Shown in pieces: positions 25,601-38,200 of a stretch of DNA of 64,000 nucleotides (its first letter is position 1; the number at the start of each line of letters is the position of its first letter). The notes below the pieces were generated by a model. It was not told the origin of the DNA and searched no databases. It saw only the letters and a program-made list of their open reading frames with translations. This stretch comes from Paragordius varius (taxonomy: Eukaryota; Animalia; Nematomorpha). Made by a program: the position numbers and the translations under genes. The stretch spans positions 3,038,001-3,102,000 of the forward strand of contig OZ176059.1 in NCBI GenBank assembly GCA_964247055.1, read 5' to 3'.

Positions 25601-28600
25601 TGATTAATTGAATTTTGGGTTTTATTCAAACTTTCTTGAAATATTTTTCGGTTAGAAAGTTTGAGAGTCTTTATTTCTAAAATTCTGGATTAGTGGGCTT
25701 TTGTTGATTTTTAAGACTGAAAATTATGGATTTATAAAAATTTTTGGTTAAAAAGTTTGAGAGTTTTTATTTTTTGAAATTCTGGGTGAGTGGGTTTTCT
25801 GAAATATTGGACAATATTTTTAGGATTGATGTTTGAAGGAAAATTCTAAGATCTGAAATTATTCTCTAAGCTTTTGAAATGGAAAATTTTGTCTGTTTTA
25901 AACCAAAAACGTCTGCCTTTTTAGTCGCCATATTGAACATGTGACGTTAATATTAAGTTAAAACATATGATTGGATTTAATTAAAAAATTTAGAATAAGA
26001 AAAAATAGTTTTAATAGGATGGATTTAATATTATTATGATTTGAAAAAAGTTCTAAGCTTTTTGAAATTGAAATTTTGTGTTTCAAGAAATTTGGTCGAA
26101 TTTAGTATATTTTTCTCCAAAAAAACTGTTTTGTTTTTAAAATATTTTTAGGATTGATTTATTTTGAATAAAATAAAATTTTGAATTCTGGGTGAGTGAG
26201 TTTTGTTGAGATATTTTTAAGATTAATTTAAAAAAATTCTAGGATTTGAAATTATTTTCTAAGCTTTTGAAATTGAAATTTTGTCTGTTTTGAACCAAAG
26301 ACGTGACTTCAATGGCGTTGATATCTTATTGACGTAAAACCATATGATATAATTTTAAACATTTTGGGAATTTGGTTTGGTTTTGATTAGTTTTTTCTTT
26401 TGAGTTTAAATTCAATATTTTAGGAATCGGGAATATAAATAAATTTAATAATTTTGAAATTAGGGGCCTTTTCGATAGAGGAAAATTCTGGAAATTTTTA
26501 AAATTTATTTAAAAGTTTGAGTTTATTATACTTTTGTGGGTTTATATTTTTTTTGTATATAAATTACAGTATAAATAACTATATATTGGGAGAGAGTTAT
26601 TTTTTGTAGCCAAATAGTAAATACAACAAGGGTATTATTTGCTAATATTATACCATTTACAATTCATATTCACCCTTAACTACTTCAAATCTCCCTTCAA
26701 TAATTCAAATTCATCCTTAAAAAATTAATTGGGTTTTTTTAAGTTTAAAAAATTATCCCTATAGCTTTTTATATTTTTAATAAATGGCTAAATTTGGCTT
26801 AAAATTAAAATATTACTGAAAGGTAATTATAAACTATGCGCCATAAAGATATATATTTTATATTAATAATGATAAGATTTATATTTGCTGCCCGAAAACA
26901 TAATTTAAACTGTTGAGGGTGAACTTGTGTTTAAGATTAAATTTCAAACTGTTTTCGAGGGGAAATTTGAATTGTTTTAGGTATAGTAAGTAGTGAAAAA
27001 AAAACTATAATTAGCCAATAATACTGCCCCCTTTTGACAATAAGTAATAACTTTCTAGGGCAATGTATACTTACTTATACTGTAATTCAGATATAGCTAT
27101 TCAAGCTATTTGTGGGGGGGGGCACCTTACCTTTAGATGGTAATTTTTTGCCTCTTAAAATCTGTGAAAATTAAACTAAAAAGTTTATATTTATATATAT
27201 TTATATTTCTTTGTAATAATATACATAGTTATATATTTTTTAAAGCTATTTATAAAAAAAGTTCCAATATTTAATTTATGTTAAAAATTCCATTTTTTAC
27301 TTTTTTCTCTTTTTTAGATGGTGATATTTTTGCCAGCTCTGTGCCGTAAAATGGGAATCCCTTATTGCATTATTAAGGGGAAGGCTAGGTTGGGAACCCT
27401 GGTCCACAGAAAGACTTGTACCTGTGTAGCTCTAACCAAAATTAATCCGTAAAAAATAGATTTTTATTTTTTAAAGTTTTATAATTTAAAAGATTCGATA
27501 ATAAAAAAGACTTTGAAACGTTTTCCAAAGGTTGAAAATTGAGTTTTGTATGCTTTTGGAATACGTTTTAAAGCAATAAAATAATTTGTTTTAATTACCA
27601 TAGAAAGACTTGTACATGCGTAGCTCTCACCAAAATTACCGTATAAATCTTTTTTTAGATTTTTTATTTCAAGATTTAAGATTAAAAGATTTGGTAATAA
27701 AAAAGACTTTGAAACGTTTTACAAAGGTTGAAAATTGAGTTTTGTATGCTTTTGAAATACGTTTTAAAGCCTTAAATTGATAATTTGTTTAAATTTACAA
27801 TAGTGAGATTATTGATTATAATAAGATTTGTACCTGTGTAGATCTCACCAAAATTAACTCGTAAAAACTTTTATTTGGATTTTTCATTTTAACTTTAAAA
27901 TTCAAATTTTAAAGATTTGATGAAACGTTTTCCAAAGGTTGAAAATTGAGTTTTGTATGCTTTTGAAATACGTTTTAAAGCCTTAAATTGATAATTTGTT
28001 AAAATTACCATAGAAAGACCTGTACATGTGTAGCTCTCACCAAAATTAATCCGTAAACAATAGATTTTTATTTTTTTCAAGATTTGGAAATTGAAAAGAT
28101 TTGATAATTAAAAAGACTTTGAAACGTTATCCAAAGGTTGAACATTGAGTTTCATATGCTTTTGCAAATACGTTTTACAGCTTTAAATTTTAAATTTGTT
28201 TATGATTAAAATCTTATACCTGTGTAGCTCTCACCAAAATTAATCCGTAAAAATAAATTTTTATTTGTAACATTCGAGAATTCGAAATTTCCTGGAAAAT
28301 TATAAAAAGTTTTTCAAAATTGAGTTTTCTATGCTTTTTTAAAGCCTTATGATAATTTGTTTAAATTACAATAGTGAGATTATTGATTAATTTGTACCTT
28401 TGTTGCTCTCACCAAAATTAACCCGTACTTTTTTTTAAACTTTTTATTTGTAAGATTTGAGGACTCAAATTTCCTGAGAAAATAAAATAAGACTTTTAAA
28501 CGTTTTCCAAAGGTTGAAAATTAAGTTTTGTATGCTTTTGAAAAACTTTCAAATTCTTATTGGAAACATTCTATCATTTAAACTAACCCGTAAAAATTAT

Positions 28601-29977
28601 TTAGTTTTTTTAAAAAAAATCTTTAAATTTTTATAATATTTAAGATTGTTTAAAGATAATTATATGTAATAATTGAGGTTTTGAAGATTTTTTTTAAATG
28701 CTAAAAATTGAGCAATTTTTTACATACTTATAAGATTGACTATAAAATTAGGTTCCAAAATTAACCCGTAAAATTTTTTTAGAGTTTTTTAAAGTTTAAT
28801 TTTAAAGTTGTAATTTAAAATAAGAGTAGGATATTTTTAAATTAATATAATTAAAAAATGTTTATATTATATTTATATATTTTTTATTTTTTTAATACTT
28901 TTATATATTTTCAATTATTATTTATTATTATATTTATATATTTTTATAATTTTTTAAATATTTTATTTTTTTATATTTAGAGAAGATAGTGCTTCTTTGA
29001 GTAAATTAACCGAAGTTATCAAAACTAATTTCAATGATCGTTTTGACGAGGTTTTTTTAAAATTATTTTATATTTTAAAATTAAATTTTATTTTTTAAAC
29101 TATATATATATATATATATATAATATAAAAATAAAATATAAAATTTATTAAATATTTAAGTTTTATTAGATTTTTTTTTTCAAAATTTTTTATGTATGTT
29201 AAAAAAAATAATTAATTTATTTAATAAATCACAATATAATTTTGAGTTTTTATAATTTTTTTTACATTTATTTTTAATTAATTAAAATAGATTATTTATA
29301 ATTAATATTTTTCAATAAAATATATTATATTTTAAAGAATTTTATTATATTAATTGAGTAAACATTTTTAAATTAAATAATTAAAATTTTATTCTATATT
29401 TTTTAATATTTTTAAAAAAATAAATATATATATTAATAGATCAAATTTTCATTTTTATATTTTAAATAATAATTATTTTTTTAATAAAAAATTATTAAAT
29501 CATTTTATTCTAATATTTTAAATATTCATATAAATTTAAATTATTTAAAAATTATTTTTTTAATAAAATATTTTTTTAAAAAATATGATTATTGATAGAT
29601 TTTATTTTATTCCAATGTTTTAAATATAAATATTGTAAATATTAATTTAATTATTATATTTTAATTTATTTTAAACAATTTATATAAATATTAATTATTT
29701 TTTATTAAAAAAATAAAAATAATTATTTTATTCATAGATCCTAAATTTATTCTAATATTATAAATATTAATATATTTTTCATTTTAAACATATTTTTTTT
29801 TAATATTTTAAACAATTATTATAGATATTTATTTTTAAATTTTATTTAAAAATTTTTTATTTTTATTCATAGATCCGTAGACATTGGGGAGGCGGGAAGC
29901 TTGGCGCCAAATCTGAAGCCAGACTTTCAAAGATTGAAAAAGCAAAAAATAAGGAACTCTTGAAAAAATTAGGATGA
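22592..29977 (+). CDS. RPL7A: 60S ribosomal protein L7a (eL8), 6 exons: join(22592-22603,22634-22922,23849-24159,27318-27448,28981-29050,29873-29977), 305 aa
   Basis: [95 protein letters not shown]; all introns GT-AG and phases consistent (918 nt). Confidence 0.96.
22634..22922 (+). CDS. RPL7A: RPL7A exon 2
   Basis: [19 protein letters not shown]...QAVDRQT; phase-1 donor g|gttttt. Confidence 0.93.
23307..23378 (+). ncRNA. SNORD24: Box C/D snoRNA, U24/SNORD24-like, in RPL7A intron 2
   Basis: Box C ATGATGA 23311-17, D' CTGA 23330-33, C' ATGATTA 23340-46, D CTGA 23371-74, short TTG/CAA terminal stem. The pre-D guide CACCAAGATC matches the U24 guide as I recall it (complementary to LSU rRNA GAUCUUGGUG). 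RPL7A is the known vertebrate host of U24. Confidence 0.78.
23441..23856 (+). repeat. About 100-bp-period tandem echoes of the exon 3 acceptor (GTTACCATAG|CAACGC)
   Basis: Copies at 23441, 23556, 23644, 23731 and the true site at 23839. Confidence 0.85.
23849..24159 (+). CDS. RPL7A: RPL7A exon 3
   Basis: catag|CA ACG CAA ([15 protein letters not shown]...AHDVDPIE)|gtaaaa. Confidence 0.93.
24230..26500 (+). repeat. Degenerate T/G-rich tandem array (about 130-150-bp unit) filling RPL7A intron 3
   Basis: Recurring TTTTAGGATTGAGAATTATGGGTTTTATTTAAGG..TTTTGGGTTAAAAAGTTTGAGA..AATTCTGGGTGAGT. Confidence 0.9.
27318..27448 (+). CDS. RPL7A: RPL7A exon 4
   Basis: [44 protein letters not shown]; AG/GT flanks. 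Confidence 0.93.
27449..28800 (+). repeat. About 190-bp tandem array whose unit begins with the exon 4 3' end and donor
   Basis: (AGAAAGACT)TGTACCTGTGTAGCTCTCACCAAAATTAAYCCGTAAAA recurs near 27601, 27825, 28010, 28215, 28392, 28582 and 28757. Confidence 0.9.
28981..29050 (+). CDS. RPL7A: RPL7A exon 5
   Basis: [23 protein letters not shown]; AG/GT flanks. Confidence 0.92.
29873..29977 (+). CDS. RPL7A: RPL7A exon 6 (terminal)
   Basis: [34 protein letters not shown]. Confidence 0.92.
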   Translation: MRRHWGGGKLGAKSEARLSKIEKAKNKELLKKLG

Positions 29978-30217
29978 ATAAATTTTTTAATTTTTATTAA
30001 AAAATATAAAATAAATTAATAAATTTAAATAATTTATATTTATTTATTATATATTATTTTTTCTATATATTTTTTAAAAAAATTTTTTTAAATCTTTTGC
30101 CAAATAAATGTAAAGCATTTATATAAAGGTGCATATTAAAAAAAATGGGTTAAAATAAATTAGATAGTTTAAAGTTCAGCTGTTTTCATTTCTATTTTAC
30201 TCTTTTTTAAAAATATA

Positions 30218-30525
30218 CCATTTACAGTTCAATTCACCCTCGAACAATTTAAATTCACCCTCGAACAGTTCAAATCGAACTATTCTAATTCACCTGAAAT
30301 AAATTATGTGTTTATTACGATTAAAGATTACCTGTATTTTTTATATTTTTAAAAATTACGTTAAAAATTACTATAATACTGAAAAAATAATAAACTATGC
30401 CATTAGAATATATTTTATATTAATAATGAGTCATATTAGCCGCCCGAAAACAAGTTTTGTTTTTAGAGTGTGAATTTGAATTGTTCAAGGGTGATTTAAA
30501 CTGTTCAAGGGTAAATTGTAAATGG
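30218..30525. mobile_element. Foldback-type MITE with TIRs built from short CAATTCAAATTCACCCTTGAA subrepeats
   Basis: TA|CCATTTACAGTTCAATTCACCC ... GGGTAAATTGTAAATGG|TA; related copies near 26650, 35410, 40745, 50026, 61725 and 62870. Confidence 0.7.
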
Positions 30526-31243
30526 TATAGTTTACAGTCATGTATGTTTGAAATTTTCAAACATACGTTTTTAATTGATTTTACTTTGTTTTTTATTGTT
30601 ATTATGTTTGATATGTCAACCTTCAACATGCCCATTTAGAAGCCTTAAAATAATAATAGACTATTTATGAACTATTAAGACTAAGGAAAATCAATTTAAA
30701 AAAACGTATGTTTGACAATTTCAAATATACATGACTGTAATTAATTGTGACCTCGGCTGTTTTTATTAATTCTTTATGGATACAACTTTTAAGCTCAAAT
30801 CAGAACATTGCTGTTTTAGTTTTCAGAATTTCGAATCTTTAAGAGTTAGGCTTTTTTGAGTATATTAACAATATATTCTTAGATGAAACTATGAAAGAAA
30901 TAACTTTGGTTTTTTTACAATAAAAGTGGTTTTAATTTTATACACCAAAATATTGGAAATTTTAAACATTTAAATTTTATATTTTATAGGAAAAATTTGA
31001 AATTATAAAAGTTTAGATCGAATACATATAAATATATTTTTAATTCATCTTTGAAAATTTTTGCAATTTAAAGGAATAAAATTTATATTTTAATATTTGC
31101 CTTATTTACAATAAATATATATGAATAAAATTAAAAATAATTAAATATTTTATTCCAAAGATCACTCTAATTTTATAAAACATTATTAGTTAAATATAAC
31201 GAATTGGTTAAAATTGTAAAGTATAAAATTAACTTGTAAATTA

Positions 31244-31510
31244 CAGTAGAACGAGAAATTATACGGACAAAACGTAAAAATATAAATTTCATTTTCTTAA
31301 AGACAATGATACTTTTTCAAACCTTAATATATCCTATTAAAATAATTAAATTACAATTGTATAAGACATAAATTGTTCGTTTTTAATTTACATTTTTATT
31401 TTGATACAATGAGTTATCTTATTAAAAAGTATGGTTGGTTGTCTTTTAGAAAAAATATTTGTCTTTATATATATTTACGTTTTGTGCATAGTATAATTTC
31501 AATTTTACTG
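31244..31510. mobile_element. Same MITE family
   Basis: TA|CAGTAG..TATACGGACAAAACGTAAAAATAT ... TATTTACGTTTTGTGCATAGTATAATTTCAATTTTACTG|TA. Confidence 0.75.
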
Positions 31511-32015
31511 TAATATCAGAATCAATTAGAAAATATTATTTTTTTTTCATTTGAAAAATATTAATAAATTTAAATAATATATATAATTTGTTTTAAAAAA
31601 TATATATAAAAAATATTTTTAAGAAAATTTTTAATAAAGTTGTAAAACTTTTCTAAAGGATAAATAAGGGGACTTTAGAAAAAAATATTTGTCTTTATAT
31701 ATTTACGTTTTGTCCATAGAATTTCAAATTTTACTGTAATTTCAAAATCAATTACGTATTTTAGTTAACACTTTATTATGGCGTAATGATATAGTAGGTA
31801 GGACAGACAGGAATATAGAAAATAATTTTTTATTCTGAAAAAAATATTAAATAAATTAATAAATTTAAATATATATATATATTAAGGATTTTTTAATAAA
31901 AAAAGTTTTAAATTTCAAAAAAGATTGGAGGAAAACTCAGAAATTGGAATAAAATATATTAATTTTTTTATTTTGAAAAAATATTAAATATATTAATAAA
32001 TTTAAATAATTTGTA

Positions 32016-32063
<48 letters not shown>

Positions 32064-35003
32064 TATTTATTTATTTATTAAGGTTTTTTTATTAAAAAAA
32101 TATAAAATATTTTAAAAATTTTTAAAGTTTTTAAATAAAAAAAGTTTTAAATTTAAAAAAAAATTGAAAACAAAAAATAAGGAAAACCTTAATAAAAAAT
32201 ATTATTTTTTTGAATAATTTTGATAAATTTGAAATATTAAATAAAGTTATATATATATATATAAATATTAAGGTTTTTAATAAAAAAGTTTTAAATTTCA
32301 AAAAAGATTGAAAAAACAAAAAATAAGGAAAACCTTGAAGAAATTGGAAATATAAATTAATTTATATATATATATATATATAATATTTATTTTGTTTAAA
32401 TATATATACGTAAAAAATATTTTTAAGAAAATTTTTTTTATAAAGTTTTGTAAAACTTTTTTAATTGTTGGTAAAGGAATATATAAGGGGACTCCTGAAT
32501 AAAAATGGGTTAATATAAATTAGATGGGTTTTTGTTTTTAGAATTTTGCTAAACTCTTTAAGAAATTCGAAAAAAATCTGAAATTCTAAACTGGATATTT
32601 TTTTAATATTGTCAACGAAAAAGAATATTTTTGTTAAAATAATAATTTGATATCTCGTAAAATTTATTAATTAAACTATATCCAAAAAAATTTATTTAAA
32701 ACTTATACGTTTTTCACTTTTTATCATTTATTTTACCTTTTGTGGTAATTTTATATATCAGAGCGCCATTTTGTAAATAAAGTTGGCTTTTGAAAGTTAT
32801 TTTAGTTAAGGCAGGAAAAAATCCTTACCCTTTAAGAAATTCGGGAAAAAAAAAGAAATTCTAAACTGGATAATTTTTATTCAAAACTTTTAATATTTCA
32901 CTTTTTTTATTTTACCTTTTGTGGTAATTTTATATATCAGAGCGCAATTTTGGAAATAAAGTAAGCTTTGGAAAGTTATTTTAGTTAAGGCAGGCAAGCG
33001 AGTTTTAAAGCCTTCACAAGTCCCGGATATAATATTAATCCTTATTATGTTAAAATAATAATTTGATATCTCGTAAAATTTATTAAATAAAACTATATCC
33101 AAAATTTTTATTAAAAACTTATTACCTTTTCGTTTTTTTTCCATTTGTTTTATTTTACCTTTTGTGGTAGTTTTATATACCAGAGCGTAATCTAGTAAAT
33201 AAAAAGTAAGTTTTTGAAAGGTATTTAAGTTAAGGCAGGCTGGCGAGTGTTAAAGACTTCACAAGTCTCGAATACAATTCAAGTATCCTAACTCTTTAAG
33301 AAATTAGGAAGAATAGATTCGAAAGTTTATATTTTTATTTAAAATTTATTTCCTTTTCACTCATTTGTTTTGATAGTTTTATATATACCACACAATTTAG
33401 TAAATAAAAAGTAAGCTTTTGAGAGTTATTTTAGTTACAATTTAATTAATAATTATTGTTTTCCTGTATTATAAAATAAAAAAAGTTGACATTTTTTACA
33501 GTTTTGTGACTTGTAGAGTCTAAAATTGGGACAGCTCTAAAATACGATTGAAAGAAACAGCTGATATTAAAATGAAAAATTTAAGTTTTTGCTGGTAAAA
33601 TGTAGTCTAAAAAACTTTTTAAAGTTAATTATTTACATTTTCGCATAAATTACATTTTTTTGCGGAAATGATTTTTTTAAAGTTTGCAATGATAATTTTT
33701 TTGTTACATTTTTTATATTATGAAAGGCTAAAGAAAGTAGAAATTTTAAAATTCGGCTTAATACCTTATGTACTTTTTAAGATATTCAAATTTTTAATAC
33801 CTCTGGTATGCAAAACTAACTCAAAGCTCATAAATCTGTTAAATATTTTCAAAATTTTATGTATATAAACTTTTGTGTAAAAAAATCACTCAAATAAATT
33901 GAAAAGGCGTAAATTCATAACTTTTAACAGAGAAAATGGAGAATGACAAAAAATTAAAATATGATTTGTCCATATAAAAAGATTTAGAATAATAATAAGA
34001 TATTTTGATTCAAAAATCACATAATTAAGGAATATCATTCTAAAATATTAGTAAAATTTAATCCAGCTGTTTTTTATTCTCAAGGTTTTACCTCTGTAAA
34101 AGTCAGGAGACTGTAATCAGCTGTTTTTCTTAATAATTTAAGAAAGTTAAATATTTAGAGAGTTTACTTTGTTAAGAGTCAGGTGACTTTTAAAGTTCAA
34201 GACTGTAATCAGCTGTTTTCATAAAGAAATTAAACTCAAATGTTTTAATTTTCGAAGTTTTATTTCTTTTAGAATATGAAAGTTTTTTTAAAATTAAAAA
34301 CTGTAATCCGCTATTATTCGCTTGGCGATATAAAACCACCTCAGAAGATTATAACTTTGTTAAATATAGTCAAAAAAATTACTTAAAAAGTTTAAAAGGC
34401 AAACTTTTTAAAATTTTCATTAGAGAACAAGTGGATTATCGTATAAAAAAACCATTAATTTTGCCCATATAAAAATATTTACACCAAACACTCAATTTAT
34501 ACGGACTGAAACGTAAAAATATAAATACAAATATTTTTCAAAAGACAACCAACCCCATACTTTTTAGGAAACCTTAATTTTTGCCATAAAATATATTTAA
34601 TTACAATCTTAAAGTACATATTTGATTGTGCTACCAATTTACATTTCTATTTTATATTTTGTAGTTTAAAAAAATCAGTTAGTTTTAATTTGAAAAAAAC
34701 AAAATTCAAAAAATATAGGGTTATTTTTTAGTCAAAAATATTTGTCTTTATTTTTTAAAGTTTTGTCCATATAGCTTTAATTTTTACTGTTAAATGGTAA
34801 ATTCTATAATAAATATTTGATTATTTCGATAAACTGTTTAATAATAAATCGTTTTCATTAGACATCACATTAGGTCAGACCTATTTCAGTTCAAGCGTTA
34901 GCCTTAAAAATAAATACTGCAATATAATTAAGATGGTTTTAAAAAAATTTTTTTGAATAAAAAATATATTTGAAGTACTAACAACCAATACCCTGATCAT
35001 TTA

Positions 35004-35293
35004 CAGTAAATTTAGATATTATATACGGACAAAACGTAAAAAAATAAGGTCAAATATTTTTTTCTACACAAAAAAACATCCTTTTCAAATCTTTATTTTT
35101 TAATAACCCATTGTATTAAACTGCAAAATATAAAAACGATATGTAGATTGGTAAAACAATCAATCAATTTAATATTTTACAATTTTAGTTATATAATTTA
35201 AATGAGAAAAATTATGGTTTAAAAAAGTATGGTTGTCTCTTGAAATTGTTTCTATATTTTTACGTTTTGTACGTGTAATTTCAACTTTTACTG
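35004..35293. mobile_element. Same MITE family (paralogous position to 40341-40625 and 61321-61612)
   Basis: TA|CAGTAAA...TTTTACTG|TA. Confidence 0.75.
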
Positions 35294-35968
35294 TAAAACT
35301 TTTTAAATTATAATTTACGATATTTCCTGGAATCATACGTAAGGCCTTATAACAAGTTTTAATTCCTAGCCATAAGATAAGACTTGATATTACAAATTTC
35401 CTTTATATATACCATTTACAATTCAATTTCACCCTTGAACGATTAAAATTCACCCTTGAACAATTCAAATTTACCCTTGAACAATTCAAATTCACCCTAA
35501 AATTATATTATGTGTTTTCGCGCTAATATGACTCATTATTTATAAGAAATATATTTTATGGCTTAGGTTACTATTTTTTCAGTATTATATTAATTTTAAC
35601 GTAATATCTTTTTTCAAATATAAAAACATAGAGCTAATTTTTAATCTTAAAAAACACATAATATATTTTAGGGCGAATTGTTTAAGGGCGAATTTGAACT
35701 GTAAATGATAGAAAACAAAACTTAAATTATGAAAGAGAAAAATTTGCCAATTATATATTTTTTGAAACCTCAATGACCCATAAATAAAATATTACAAATA
35801 TTTACAAATTCCAAAAAATCAATTAATTATTATTTCATTTTCATCATATCATTTTAAATAAATCAACTAATTATTGTTTCATCTGTATCACTTCTATAGT
35901 TGTGCCTACAAAATGATGTAAGTTTTATTTAAATGTCATTTATTTGTTAAAACGATCATTATGTAAGC

Positions 35969-36279
35969 CAGTGGTTCTTCTGAATGGGGCATAGAAATAT
36001 TAATGGACGGTAGTACGTAAAATTTGGATAATTTAATTAAAAAATTAAGCAAAAAAACAAATTGAAGAATTTTAGATGCAACATATTAAGATTCGTCACT
36101 GATATCGGTAATTTTTTTTAAAATTGCAAATACAAAGATCTCATTGATTGATTGAAAGATTTTTATAATATTATAATAAATTTTACATTTATTTAATGTT
36201 AGATTTTTTGAGCGAGGGTGGACAAGAATTTTTATTTTCAATTTGGTGGGGCGTATATAAAAAAGGCTGGGAATTACTA
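35969..36279. mobile_element. Degenerate hAT-type MITE (paralog of 41273-41569)
   Basis: CAGTGGTTC left end; imperfect 8-bp flanks ATGTAAGC/ATCTAAAC. Confidence 0.55.
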
Positions 36280-36892
36280 ATCTAAACAGTTTTTGTGGAA
36301 AATATTTAGATTTCTTTCCGTAGAAAACTTTTTTCAGCTGTACTAATTAAAGCGGGTCTGAAAATACAATAAATACTGAAATATACCGATATAAAGTAAA
36401 AATATAAAGACAAATATTCTAAAAGGCAACCCCATACTTTTAAAACCTTTATATTAATCTAAAAAATTCAAAAAAACATATTTAATTTATATATATAAAA
36501 TTTATTTTTTTAATATATATATTCTTTGTAATTCCTATATATATCTTAATATTATTATTAATAATATTTATTTTTTTATTAATTATATTTATTTTTATAT
36601 TAAGATTTATAATTAATATTTTTAAAATTTTAAAAAAACCTCTATATTAATAATATATATTTTTTCAATAAAATTACAAATATACAATTAACTTAAGTTT
36701 TAAATCAATATTCAAATTTTTAGTTTTATTTTAAAATATTTAGAATTATTTAATATATATATATATATAAATAAAATTAATATAATTTTTAAGTTTTAAT
36801 AGACTTTTGATATATAATATATATATATATATCAATTTATATAATTTGAGTTTTTTTAATTTTTTTAAAAAAATATTTTTTTTTATTCATAG

Positions 36893-36997
36893 TTCCGTAG
36901 ACATTGGGGAGGCGGGAAGCTTGGCGCCAAATCTGAAGCCAGACTTTCAAAGATTGAAAAAGCAAAAAATAAGGAACTTTTGAAGAAACTGGGCTAA
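36893..36997 (+). CDS. RPL7A: Duplicated RPL7A terminal exon (6'), intact with acceptor
   Basis: ttcatag|[34 protein letters not shown]; 105 nt; one replacement (I>F) versus exon 6. Whether it is expressed is unknown. Confidence 0.7.
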   Translation, partial: FRRHWGGGKLGAKSEARLSKIEKAKNKELLKKLG

Positions 36998-36999
36998 AA

Positions 37000-38200
37000 A
37001 AATTATTAATTTTTTATTTGAAAAAAAAATATAAAATAAATTAATAAATTTGAATATATATATATATATATTTATTTTATATATACATATATTTTATTTA
37101 AATAATATTTAATAAATATTTTTAAAAAAATAAAAAAAAGTTGAATTTCAAAAAAGATTGAAAAAACAAAAAATAAGGAACTCTTGAATAGGATGAAAAA
37201 ATTTATTATTATTTTGAAAAAAAAATATTAAATAAATTATAAATTTAAATAATTTATATATAGATATAGTTATATATATATTTTATTTAAAAAATATATA
37301 TTAGGATTTTTCAAAAAAAGATTTGAATTAGAAAAAAAAATGAAAAAGCAAAAAATAAGGAACTCTTGAAACTAGGCTAAATAAATTATTAAATTTTTTT
37401 TGAAAAATATTAAATAAATTAATAATTTTAAATAATTTATATATATTTATATATATTATATATATATATATAATTATGAAATATATTAAAAATAAAAAAA
37501 TTTTAAGGATTTTTTAAGAAAAAATGTTGAATTTTCAAAAAAGATTGAAAAAAGCAAAAAATAAGGAACTCTTGAAAAAATTAGGATATATAAAATTATT
37601 TTTTATTTCAAAAAATATTAAATAAATTAATAAATTTAAATTATTTTTATATATATATATATATATATTTTAATATAAAAACTATTTTTTAATAAAAAAA
37701 TATTTAAAATTTCAAAAATTTAAATTTCAAAAAAGATTAAAAAAAGCAAAAAATAAGGAACTCTTGAAAAAGCTGGGCTAAAAAAAATTAATTTTTATTT
37801 AAAAAAATATAAAATAAATTAATAAATTTAAATAATTTATATATATATTTAAATTTTTCTAAAAATGAAAAATTTTTAATATTTTAGAAAATTTAAAAAT
37901 ATTAAGGATTTTTTGATAAAAAGATTGAAAAAGCAAAAAATAAGGAACTCTTGAAAAAGCTGGGCTAAAGATATTTATTTTTTATTCAAAAATATTAAAT
38001 AAATAATAAATTTAAATAATTTTTATTTATATATATATATATATAATATTTAAAAAAATATTAAAAAAAATAAAAAATATTAAGGATTTTTTTGATAAAA
38101 AAAGTTTTGTTCAAAAATAAAAGGCAAAAAATAAGGAACGCTTGAAGAAGTTGGGCTAAATAAATTTATTTTTTATTTATAAATATAAAATAAATTTAAA
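37000..38200 (+). repeat. About 190-bp tandem echoes of the RPL7A stop-codon region
   Basis: AAAGATTGAAAAAGCAAAAAATAAGGAACTCTTGAAAAAGCTGGGCTAA-like units near 37155, 37341, 37541, 37731, 37921 and 38122. Confidence 0.85.

Noticed and set aside
24400-25760. GGGTTAAAAAG in the intron 3 repeat resembles the complement of a U36 snoRNA guide (U36 is another RPL7A-hosted snoRNA)
   Set aside because: Wrong strand for an intronic snoRNA, no C/D boxes, and it is part of a tandem unit.
27449-28800. Regularly spaced conserved repeat resembling a CRISPR array (also 23441-23856 and 37000-38200)
   Set aside because: The spacers are homologous to each other, the repeats are degenerate copies of exon ends, the context is a spliced eukaryotic gene, and no cas-like ORFs are present.
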